Part shown: positions 1 to 12,261 of the stretch, in pieces | Layout of the letters: each line of letters starts with the position of its first letter | Position numbering within the stretch: the first letter of the stretch is position 1 | NCBI GenBank assembly: GCA_040954595.2 | Contig: CM082585.2 | Coordinates: 6,163,808 to 6,227,807 of the forward strand | From: Balanoglossus misakiensis | Lineage: Eukaryota; Animalia; Hemichordata | Direction of reading: 5' to 3' | DNA: 64,000 bases | Notes under the pieces: model-generated | What the model was told of the DNA's origin: nothing | Seen by the model: the letters and a program-made list of their open reading frames with translations, nothing else | The model's database searches: none | Position numbers and translations under genes: made by a program

Positions 1-887
1 GTAGACACACAGACATGTAGTCTGTAGACATTCAGGGCAGGTTTTTGTGTTTGATAGATTTGTTTGGACTAACTCTAACTATGGAAGGTCTAAAGGTTGT
101 CTTGTTGGATTGTTTTCAACAGCACAAGGAAAAAATACCAGTTTCCCCCGACATCTTAGAACTTGAGCAGCCTACCGTCAGTAACTAACACTTTGAATTT
201 GTGTGTTGAGAATGCGGACAGTTGACCTCAATTACAACTTGTAAACCCCATCTCTTCAGAGCCACACCCCTATGCTGTAATGTCTCAAGTACTTCATGTT
301 TCTGAATTGAATAATATTGATTCACCGTCAAATATTAATTCTTGTCGTGTTCTACATTTTCCACTTATGTGTTTTGACTCCATCTGATAGTAATTTGGAT
401 GCTTTTGGTTTCCCATAGCAACCAACTATCACTGCCTTATAATATGATCAATAGGTATACATGCATTGGTTACCATTTCAGTTGCTGTGCATGGTCAATG
501 TAATGATCCCTTGGGAACCTTTTTTAACTGTTTTGTGCTCATAATTGTCAGAATTACTGAGTTGACTTGTTATCGTATTAATTTAAATACCCTTTGGCGT
601 ATCAGGTAGCCTGGAAGACATCCTGTCGTAACGATTGTTAGCAATTTTAGCCGAGCCGTGAAACTTTTAGCTAGCAGCTGAACCCAGCATCATGGTTGTA
701 GCTGGTCCAGAATCTAGCCAGGTGTTTTCTAGTATAGAATTCACACTAACTTGTGTGTTCTTTTTGCAATTCTGGATTCTAGACTAGGTGTTTTCAGTAG
801 TTCCGTAAACCTGGATTTTCCATCTACCGTACAGTAGTTCATCTGAATCTGCACTGACACTGTGCACATCACACAGATGAAAACATA

Positions 888-1119
888 CAGTCCGACCTGT
901 CTACATAGCGGCCAGTCAAGGGGCTTTCCTATGACCTGTCTGTAAAGGCCACCTGTCTATAAAGGCCATTTTAAAAATGGCCTTTATAGACAGGTGGCCT
1001 TTACAGACAGGTCAATTAATGCACTCGTAGTTGTAAATTGCACAGGGACTGTAACATAGTGGCCACTATAGACAGGTTTTTTCTCTGTATAGAGGTGGCC
1101 GCTAACACAGGCTTGACTG
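888..1119. mobile_element. Tc1/mariner(pogo)-type MITE with internal perfect palindrome
   Basis: TA|CAGTC...GACTG|TA ends. Related copies at ~13680-13815 (inverted), ~48478-48600 and ~11990-12130. Confidence 0.7.
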
Positions 1120-4100
1120 TATGACTAGTGGTGTGTCCCCTTGAAATTGTCATCGTCAGACCATGGATGTAACATTATAGCCAAGGCAAGATTAAACGCG
1201 TAGATCTAACAACACTTTCTCGCGTTGACTGTGACCTTGCCCCAATCATCTGAAGATCAACCTTAATGCCGTTTCTCCATGGGTGGTGGTGTGTTTTCGT
1301 TCTGCTCGGGAAATTGAAAATGTGGTGCCCGCTAGCGGGTAACAGTGTCCTTCACATTGCCAAAATCCGAGCAGGATCAAGTCTGGACTAAACTTAATCC
1401 TGACTGAGGAATCTATTTGGTTCATGTCCACACTCCAGACTTACGGAACACAGTTCCTGAATTTGGACTGGTGTAACCAAGTGCCTTTTCTGTTTCTGTG
1501 CACACGCATACGCATATACATAAATACATAGACTAGTATGGCTGACTGGTAGACATGACATGTACAAAGATTTAATCCTCAGAACAGCTTGAAGTGATAT
1601 GGTCCAAGTTTGTATCCACGTTTTAAATTACCCACATGACCATGACTTCCAAGAGCATGTCAGTTTACGTGGTGGTCAGGTTCTCAGCCGAGTGTTGAGT
1701 CTGTCGATCTTTTCTTGGCCCTGCCAGAAAACATTAATTTTTATCAGAGCTAAGAAACTGCAGACCAGATTCCACGCTGACTAGCTATCTAGTTCGATAC
1801 ACTGATAGGTACTCAGACATTGATAGTCAGACATTGATAGTCGTCGAAAGTACATTCGACTTCCAAGCTTGTTTCCCAGTTTGAGTGAAAACACTTCGTC
1901 GTCCCTTTCAAGATTTACGAAGTAATTCTGTCTCCGAGCGTAAACCTTGAACTTTCCCAGTCGCATTTGATTTAAAAGTACATCTCTTGTTTATCTGATG
2001 GCTAGTAAAAACTGTCCAATGGGCTCCATTTTTGTCAATTCCTGGGTCTTTGCTGTTCTCCTTCTGTCACCTCTTTACGTCTGGTCTGACTGACTGACTA
2101 CCATAGAAGGTCGTGTTCAAAGTGGAAAATGAACTAAGTGAGATTATAATTGAAGAACTAGACAAGGCCCCAGTTCTGAGATACAAGTACTTGGCGTTAC
2201 CCATTCACGGTTACTGATGCAGAATGACCTTCAGTTCCAACTTCTTGCGTCCACAAAGAAGGTCTGATTTACGGTGGCGACATGGCAGATAATTGTGTCA
2301 AGTTCGTCAGTCTATAAAAATCACTAATAGGTACATGAATGCCAGTTCTGGAGGTTGGGGTCAAAAATGTCTGAGAAAAACTAGACAAAGTCGGATGCTC
2401 GGTCGTCCAGCCTGTCAGACTTTTTGTCTCGGCAGAAATCAAAATCATTCATGCTTAAAGATGTAGAAAGAGATTTTAAGAACTAGATGCATGTAAAACA
2501 TTTTTATCCGATGTTCTCAAAAACAGAAAAGGGTTGGCGCCACGACTACTAATTTTTGCAAAACTTTATGAAGTAACTGGCATTGTTATGCAAATTGGAC
2601 ATTGTACTGTCGGAAATTTTGAGAACACTGAGAGTCTGTCATTGTGTCATCACCTTCAAATCAATGGATGACATTTCTCCGTTTTCTACTTAACCTTCAT
2701 TTTTGAAGTGGATAAAACATTTTGCCTCGTAATTCAAATCATTATTTCTTGTATGTGAAAGTCTGGAGCACTTGCATTAATGGCATTTATAAGTACTTGT
2801 AGGTTAGCAGGAAATTGGGGTCTTTTTTTATCTCAGTCAGGTAAAATGTCCTTAGAGGTGTGTTTGTCTCAGACTTATGCTCGACTTAGAGACACAGGAA
2901 GTGGCGACCATAACCTTTTAAAGTCCTAGTGCACATACTGCAAAATTGACAAGTTTTAGGGTGTGATTTTGCCTGGGAATTTCATTTAGCTCTCGTGTTT
3001 GAGCTCATTACGCCATTGGGTTAGAACAATGGAGCAGTGACCATGAGCCCAAAAGTGACAGTGCAAGCACCTTAATTGCTGAACTCATTACTGTTATGTA
3101 AATTTGCAAACTTAATTAAAACATAGCAGTTACCAGTTCAGAATTACCCATGTTTTAGAAATGTAAATGAGAGTACTGTACCTCTTTCATTGTCCCTTTT
3201 AAGGATCCTAAGGTTGTTGGCATGAACAAAGAGTTGAGTCCATTACCAACCTAATCTCTGGGGGTTCGTTTGTATGTACGTGTCTAAACCTAGTGGAGTA
3301 ATTGGTATAATGATGGAATGACTGTAGCATTGAGATGGAAATTTCAGCAGTTAATTGGTCATGTACAGTTATGCAGCTGATGGTTTTCTGAGCATGCAAT
3401 AATGGTGGTGACAGTGGCCATGCAAAAAAACCACGTCGCTGTTCCCTACATCTGATTTTAATCAGATTGGCCATGATGGTGTCAATGTATGATAATGCCT
3501 TTGCCTCGCCAGGACTTTGTCATCTACAATGACTTGAGTTTAATAGCATCAGAGTTCAGAAGTATCTATCCTGCAGGAGGGCTATAGAAGATAAGTCTGG
3601 GCAACTCTGTCGCCCTGACAACGAAGCTTTTTGCCTAAATGCTGATAAATTCTTCTAATCTCCCTGGAAACATGAAATGATGAAGACAGCATTTCGAATC
3701 AACAGATAAACTACCAGGTATCTGTTCTTGCAGCTTATGCAATGAGGTGGCCGATTGTGCTATCCTGACAGCTTAGAGAGTTTACTGCATGCAAATAAAG
3801 CCCATTGAATTTGTATCCAGTGGTATCTTCAGATTGACAAAGAGAGAGAATATCTTCACAGTTTCAAAAGAAGCTTTTGAAATCCCTGAAGCAATTTACT
3901 TGGTATCCATGTTGTCCTCTGGCCGGCATCAGAATTGTTTTGATGCCAGTGACTTCATTAGCTGGAACGACACAGCTGTTCTATTAGATGTTTTGTCTGG
4001 CTAATTGACCCCCATCGTCCCTATCTTGAGATCTTGCAGGTTGTTGAACAACAATGTCCGTGAGTGAATAAATGTATCATTGTGTGGTGAGGTTTCCAAG

Positions 4101-6780
4101 GGGTGCGTTCGGATGTTGACAAATTTTTAAGCGTACTCCAAGTGGAAGTGACGTTCTGATTTTGCAGAAGATATAAGCTCACTGATATTTTCAGAAACTG
4201 GAGCTTGATCTCGGGTCTATAAAGGACCGCGGCTGTCCGGTTTTTGAATATGCCAGATTTAAGTGAAAGCAGTCCATTGAAAAGTCTGTATATGGGGTTA
4301 TAGAATGGTGAGCTGTTTGTCCAGAAACATTCCCTCCACACATAACTGTCCAGAACTGAATTGCAACCTTTCCATCACGCGCCCAATTGAGTGACTGGAC
4401 AGTTAATGTCACACGAGAAGGTGATGTTTTTCTAACCTTCCCTGGGCTTAGCTGTGTCAATGTGTCAATCGCGTTAGCTCTGTGTTGTAATCATCAAGAC
4501 TTCGCGCACTCACCAGAATTTGCTCAAACCACAAAATACAAAAGGGAAGGTGAGACACTTAGGGGCGGTGGATAGTCGAAGCAGGTGTACAACAAACCAA
4601 ACCAAATGTGATGCCCTCAAACCATCTCCCTTCCCTTACGCAAAGTTTTGAGGTCCAAATATGCAACAAAGACTTAGTCCTTGGGCCTTTCGCTTGCCAG
4701 CGTCCTTTTCGAGGAAGACATCTTACTTCAAGCACGAAATGAGGTTAAATGAAATTTGTGAAACATAAAGTTGTGATATTTACCGATTGTAGCAATAGTG
4801 GAGGAATTTTTCTGCGTAGCATGATCAGTCATGCATATATATATTCTAGCTTTGAAAATGTACCAAAATTCAGTGTGAATTTGCATACAATCGAAACACA
4901 GCTTAATTACCACTCCATGGTGAAGAAGGTGGTTTGCCATTTGCGTGTTTTAATTATCCACTACCCCTTACCACGGTTCTTTGAAGAAACTTCATGCATA
5001 ATAAGCAATGTTTGTCTGTATCCCAATAAAATGGGTTCTGAATAAGGCATGCGTTGGGAATTTACGGGGGTCTTTTTTGTTCGAAAGGAAGCCCTATTGA
5101 TGGGCTTATGCACAGGGGGGACCAAGCAGAACTTCGCTGTTGAAAGAGGATTTCAAAATGGTTCTATAGCACAACTTGCAAATGCCGGCAACTTCAATTG
5201 AATGGTGTTGTGCTCTATTCAGTGTTGTGTAACGACTACGGTGGGGCCTGGAAAAAAACGCGAAGTCGGTGTTTTTTTTATATGACCGAGTTAAATGACT
5301 CTTTGGAAAAGTCGCAATTGTATGTGATGTAATCTTAGTCCCCCACAGTTATATCTGAAACAATGCTGAGATTAGCGAAATGCTGGTTATTTGGTTGCAG
5401 TCTGTTTGGCTTGCATTGTAGCAACTGCATTTCATACATCTCTCACGCTCTTACTCAGTAACAGGTTATGTAGTTTGGCATATTGTTAGTGACAGAACCC
5501 CCAGAGATGACATTGGAAACAGCAAAAAATACCCCCACGAAATGGCAAAAAAACTTAATTGAAAAATTGAAACAATTAATTTCAAGAGATCCAGTGTTTA
5601 AAGCATGACGTCTGTCTCGTCTTTACATTCGTAATCCCCATGTCAGCCCAGAGCAGTGCCATAAATCTGGTCTGTTTAAATTTTTGTGGGCCATCACATT
5701 GTGCTAAAAGACCGCGACAAAAGCCAACATTGCCTTAGACCCAACCCAAAGTACCAGATAATTCATCCGACATCACAATAGATGACTTCAATAACTGATC
5801 ACAGTTCAGACTCCAAAAATGTTGCCCTAGATTTTATGAACTTTTCTACTTAGTCTACCTGTCTGTCTGTCTGTCGTTGATAAAGTTGTGTGTCTGTCTG
5901 TCGCGTTATGTCTTTCTGGTGTGTGTCTCTCCTCTCTCTCTCCCCCTTTGTCTTGCCTCCCCCCCTCCCTTCCTCCCCTCTAATTTCACCTCATCCATCA
6001 AATATACTTGCAGCATTTCAGACAAGCAAGGCATAAGAGTCAGTCCATAGAGCCTCCTTCAGAAACTAGACAGGGGTAGTAAATGTATTGTGTGGTAGTC
6101 CAGGTAGTTAACACTTCACAGTAGCCTCTACTACCAAGCCCATTTTGTTTTCGAGTCAGAGCAGTCTGTATATGAGAAAGTTGTACTCGTCTATAGGCTG
6201 TGTTATACACAATGCAATTTATGACTGTTTTAATAATAACACGTCCATCTCTGTCACAGGTTTTTGCTCACCTAATTATTAAGTCTTGCAATATGAGGGC
6301 CGTCCCAAAAGTCAGGCCATTTTATCACACAACCTCAGTCAGCAAAACCCATAAAGATTATTTGAAACCTGCAAGATTGGTAATGTGTATTGGTATAATG
6401 ATTGCATAATCCCAATCACCTGTGTTGTTTGCTGTCGGTAAATTCTGCTTTTATCAAAAATCAAAGTTTGCGTCCCAGTGATTATATTGTGTGGTGTGAG
6501 CACACGACAAATATTGATGGTGGTTTCTCATTGTTCTCCCTCCATCCCTGGGTGTTGCCTCTAGCTCTGCCATGTCTGCTGCAGATTGATGCCTGTTCTG
6601 TTCCATTATGTTGTGCTCTGTTCTTTCTTGTTTAAAACGTTTTCAATTTTCAAACAATCCATCTGTTTTTTCCGCAAGATTGGATCGATTATCAGTGGGT
6701 TCGATAAAATCAAATGCAACACTCGCAGTTGATCTGGGTATAGACTGTCTTCTTGGTGAATTCGCGCAAGCTGCCAACCA

Positions 6781-6855
6781 CAGATGCAAATCTGGTTACC
6801 CTAGTGACAACAGATGCAAATCTGGTTACCCTAGTGACAACAGATGCAAATCTGG
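6781..6855. repeat. 30-bp tandem repeat, 2.5 copies
   Basis: CAGATGCAAATCTGGTTACCCTAGTGACAA repeated exactly. Confidence 0.9.
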
Positions 6856-8835
6856 GAGCCATAGTGGCGGAATCTTTTTAAAGATGCAAGTGGTAATCTC
6901 GCTAATCCAATATAAGCTTAGATATCTTGGCTTCTGTCACTTTGACGGAGCCGAGATAAGACGGACTTGACTCCAGGCCTGTCTTCTTGACTTTGAGGAT
7001 ATCTGATTTCCGAGCTGACGAGTGGTAACGCGAAGCCTTGAGCCGGTCACCATGGCGATGACGACCAATAACCGAATGAGAAGCGGCTTTGATAGTACCA
7101 AACGTCCTGGCTTGTATTACACTCATTAGCATTGACATTCCTTCGCCAGGAACTCACCCCTTGGCTCTGATTAGACGCGTCGAGCAAACGCTTTTGGCCC
7201 CGATGAAACGGGAGGGGTGGCTAAGGTCGTCTTGACCTGTGACACCTGATTTCGTTCCTAAAGCCCTCCTCTCGGCTGATGTCGGTAATTTGAAATGGGA
7301 CACCGAAATCCCCGCGCTGAAGTGGATACGTGTGTTCTGCGCTGAACGCCCAGCGCGAGGGATTCAATTAAATAAATAGGGAGTCGGTGTGCGTGTTTTG
7401 TAGCGGTTCCAATCAGCTTTGAAAAAAAGTGTTCTTGGGATGTTTGGGATATCGGTCCGTGTCCGCGGGTAGGCCTAATAGGACTTTGCAGATGGACACA
7501 ATGCAGGGATCATTCTAGGAGTGGTGCGGAGGTCAAGTCTTTGACGATAAGCACCACATGTGTCTGTGTTAACATTGTGCGATAATGACAGACAAGTCTA
7601 ACCTGGCCTATAGCGCCTATCTGTGTAATGCAGTGTTGTACGTGAGAAAAGTTGGCCACTGGAAATTTAAAGGGACATTAGCTCACTGTAACTTTTGGCT
7701 TTATTTTCAGTATTTTTGTTCTCACAATGTACATGTACCAACTGTATTTCTTGTTCTACTCCAAACAGCATGCTGGTATACCCAGTATGCAGCTTGTCAA
7801 CATATTCTGTATGTGTGTAACAGCATTTACTGCCATACAGTGCGTGAGAGAGGATATAATCTCTTTGGTCGAAATTTTAGCATGGATTGTGATGTCTATG
7901 TCAGTATGATTCACACTGGCCAGGGTTTATCATCATAGAAGTTAGATTGCCTTCTCCTCTGCTTGTCTTTGCCATCGTCAACCACTGAATTTTAACATGT
8001 TTTGTACATTGACATGGACTGAAGTTTCAAGTTGGCAGCTTAATATCTTGCTGAGTGGAGAATGACTCGACCCTGGCCCAGGGTTTATCGTCCTTTTTCT
8101 TTTTTGTGCGTAGGAGTTCCAACTTGATAATTTTCCCCTGCCTGCCTCCGTCATCATCAATCACCGAACTTCAGCCGTGTTTGTATATATTTAGTCTCAT
8201 CCTACAAACATGCAGGGACAGCATAGGCCACCATGAATCTAACATTACCCACAGATACAAGGCATCTTTGGTAGCATAGAGTGAATTTTAAAAAATGGTG
8301 GTGGTGATGGTTGTGATGATGTTTGTGAGGCCATAATGTGAATATTTACTCTTTACTGACACCTTGTCGTTTAAAATTGCTGATATGTGCGGTTTCACAA
8401 TGTTTCATTACTGTCGCTTTTCACATCAATTCCTAGAATTCACCCAGGCTGAAATCAGAATGGGAAGAATTTCTTGTTTAGAACCGTTAAAGATTGAAGG
8501 TCAAAGCCTGAATCGCAGAGGTCATCAAGGACTCTGACAAGTGGAAGTATGCAAGTGCAGTTAAAACAAAAGATAAATGAAAGTAGAACTCAACTCGGGC
8601 GCGAAAGCAGAGTTGAGGAATAAAAATGAAGATGAATCTCAGTACCAAAGTTGAAATAGGCTGAGATTGATATGAAAGAAAAGTTATAAAAAGTTTAGAT
8701 GTGTGGTACAGAAGTTTGTTGAAAGCAGTGCAAAACAGTAATAAAAAGAACAAATTTATCACTTGTTTTCCGTGTTCCACCAATTTAGTGATAGATGGAT
8801 AAGTTTGCAAAAATTGTATATGGTGGTGGTTCTGA

Positions 8836-8841
8836 TGGTTC

Positions 8842-8872
<31 letters not shown>

Positions 8873-8887
8873 CATCATCATCATCAT

Positions 8888-8947
<60 letters not shown>

Positions 8948-8972
8948 CATGATGATGATCATCATGATGATG
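8836..8972. repeat. (GAT)n/(CAT)n fold-back microsatellite
   Basis: A GAT run abuts a CAT run (its reverse complement), followed by alternating short runs. Confidence 0.9.
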
Positions 8973-11900
8973 AAAATTTGAAAGAAAGCAGGGTAGTCAT
9001 ATGGTTCAAGAAACAACTTTTATTCCTGCAGTTACGATTCAAACATAGAACTCAGGCTGTAATGAGAGAACACTGCGTTGGCGTGAAGTGTGTCAGAAAC
9101 GAGAGCTTTATAGGTTTAGAGAACTTTGACTTTAAACCACGCCAGCTGTTTTAATAATACAGAGTGTCTCCCTTGAGCAGATGTGGATGTTGTCGTTGTT
9201 ATACATTGTGACATCTCGACCAAACGGCAAGAATTGATGTTTAATAGGCCAGTCTAATGAATGTAAGTGGGGTTTCGGTGATCTGCAACGTGCACTAACA
9301 AAACGTTACTTGACCTATTAAAATAAATGAAATTGTTTAGTATCGTGGGCCTTGGGTACTTGCGTGATTGCTGGAGTACATGGGACCTCGGTCTGTGTTT
9401 ACACAAAAGGATATATACAGTGTATTTTTGTAAAATATACAGTTTATGCTTATATAACATGGAGTTAGAGCGTTTCGTATTCGCGTGTGATTACGTATGC
9501 GCTATGGACGTACATGGAAAAGAGAAAGTCAACTGTGGTCCGTTGTAAACAGCAGGCCTATAAATGTCGACTGCTGAATGTGTTACTAGAGATTGTGCTT
9601 GATTTGGCAGACTTTCTTGGACATATTTTGGGGGAATTGGACAGTTTCATCGAAAATACAATAGAGCCAATCAGAATGGCTGTACTGAAGATGCGTTTGT
9701 GAAACGAAAAGTGATTGGCTAATTCCGGTGATGTGGTTTGCTCATGAATATTTAAATATACATCCTGTTCATAATTCCTGTGAAATCTTCAAGAACTTCT
9801 TTTTGTGGAGTAGAAATAAAGTTCTGACTCGCGTGAGAGTAGGGAAAGTCGTGAAACCAACAATGGGGATAAGTCTGGTTCTCAAAAATGAGGAGTCCTT
9901 GAAGCAAAACGTGGGGTCAACGCGACCCCTAAATTGTACATGTCTGTTCAATTATCATTTCACATACCGGTAGTGGTTTGAGTATTTCGTATATCCCTTG
10001 TAAACTTTAATATGCTGCCATATTACGCAGTTTACATTTCCTGTGTGTGCGTTTATTGCAGTTTGATAATCTTCAATGAAACTTTTGCCATTATCTTCAG
10101 TGGCCCATCGCAACTCTGCAGGCCAATGATCTAGTTCACATGCCTACAATTCATCGAGAACCTGTCCATGGCCAAAATACTCCCCTCTGGGGGTTATATT
10201 TGGTCTAGTGTGCACACATTTGACGTCAGTGGTTGACTAGGGGTCGCTGCAATTAACAAAATCTCCTGACGATAGCCTTGCCTAAATTACATGCATGTAC
10301 GCCCAAAGTCAACAGCGAGATGTCCGACTTGGGTCAGCTCAATGCATCAATCCCACACTAGAATTTTAGGTCAATTCAAATATCAGGCCTGACCCAAACC
10401 CATCTTATACGCAGACTAAAGTAGTCCGGCTGAGATCCAACAAGGTGTGTCCACGTTGATTCAAATCAATTGATTTATTACACACAATTTCTTTTCTATC
10501 ATTTACAGTTAATAAAATTCTTCCTTGGGACCATTTAACATCTTTGTGGGTTTTTTGTATTTCTTTGTTTGGTGTTAAAAGGCATAAAAACGGTTATATG
10601 GTGGGGCGGTCCATCTAAACTCTCGACCTTTGACCTCATTGCCGAAAAGGCAAGTGCACTCTCAGTCATGAGTTCAAGTTCTTTTATGTTTTTATTGACT
10701 GTCAAGACTATCTTGTGTGTGTATGGTTTCTTTGTTGTCGTGTCTCTATTGTGTGGCTTCATGTTCACTTATTTTTAGTGTGAACTGACTTTGCTTCTTT
10801 GTCTGGGCACTGTCCCTCCATCATGGTGGGACCGCGGTCTAGGGCAACAAGTCTACATTTTCGGGAATGCCCGAAAACAGTCGAGTGCTTTGAAAATTTC
10901 ACGTGTCGAACATGCAGTGGAACTTTACGACCACAGTACAAAAATCTGACTGCGACAGACGGCAATTAATTCTGCGGCCATTTTTTTGGACAAATGTGGC
11001 CCGACCACCTTAACAGTGTGAAATGATGTGCCGGTACATTGTAAGGTGTGACGGTTCCTCCGGTTTTAGAAAATGTCAAACTGAGACAAGGACACAGGAT
11101 ATTCTAGGCGAGGAGTGCCCCCCCCCCCCACCCATGTGAAAGCTCTTGTATTCCCAACCCATCAGCTAGATAGTACAGCAAGCACTCAGGCTGCTCCCAA
11201 TGGTCGAAAGTTGAACCGGAAAATTCCATTGTGGTGCATTTCAATCCGACCGATGACCAAAGCAAACACGGCCAACCTTGCATTTGAAAGAAAGCGAAGG
11301 ATCCGAAACACAATGGGCAGCATTCAGACTGGCATCTCGAGTTGTGAATCGCCGTGGATTTGAAATTAAAGGCCGTTTCAGCGCATGTACTCGCATTGTT
11401 CGGAAGACCATTAGTAGTCGTTCAAGCTAAACTTGACAGTTGATTTTGTAAATCGGAACAAAAAATTTGATTATGCCCGCGGAGAATAACTTGCAGCCTT
11501 GACCAGCTTACGGTGACAAAGAACGAACAGTACGGGAATCTCGGTGGCCACTTGGCTAGCCAATATCCTGTCTCTGTGAATTAAATGGCCTTTAATAAAA
11601 GGCTTTATGTTATTGATAAGCTGTAAGACTGGGTGCCTTTACCAGCTGGGAAAAGAAAAAAAAAGAAATTGCTTTGAAGTCGATATCCTACGATAATCGT
11701 GGGTACAGCTATCCTAGGAAGGCTACGCCATTGATCTCTCAGATTGAATTTTGCCTAAGTTGGAAGACGATAGCAGGAGGTGAAATTCTAATCCAGTATG
11801 ACGAATTTGGTGTCACGTTAATCTTGTACCAAACCTTGGTCTTTAGAGATATTGGTTTTACTGTAGACAGGTGGGGGAAGTTTTTGAAGGGAAGGGATCA

Positions 11901-12261
11901 GGTTTGTAAGGTATTAAGGTGAAAATAAAAGAACATGTCAATCCCATGTCTCATTTGTAGATAAATGATGAAAATATTAAAAATGCTACAGTGAAACCTG
12001 TTTAAACTGGACACCAGGGGACTGAAGAAATTGTTCGGTTAACTGAGGTGTCCAGTTTATAGAGGTTCTTTTGATTATGATTCTGTAGAACAGACTGGAA
12101 ACTGTGTTTGGTTATAGACAGGTTTCCAGATTACTGGTAGTGGTAGACAGTGTTGGGTTTAGACATTGCAGTACTTACCATACCAGTGGATATCTGAATA
12201 ATTTACTTGCCTGTCTTACTATGTGGTTTAAACTAAAAAATTTTGCATTTGTATTTTGCAG

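Noticed and set aside
1445-1495. Possible minus-strand exon (AG...GTAAG) of a head-to-head partner
   Set aside because: The translation (KQKRHLVTPVQIQELCS) is not collagen- or signal-like, and chance splice motifs are common.
2019-2093. Short hydrophobic ORF MGSIFVNSWVFAVLLLSPLYVWSD as a candidate collagen signal exon
   Set aside because: It ends in TGA with no convincing phase-0 donor to join exon 12262.
8759-9154. Poly-Met/Ile and poly-Asp/His ORFs
   Set aside because: They arise from the (GAT)/(CAT) microsatellite, with no splice or homology support.
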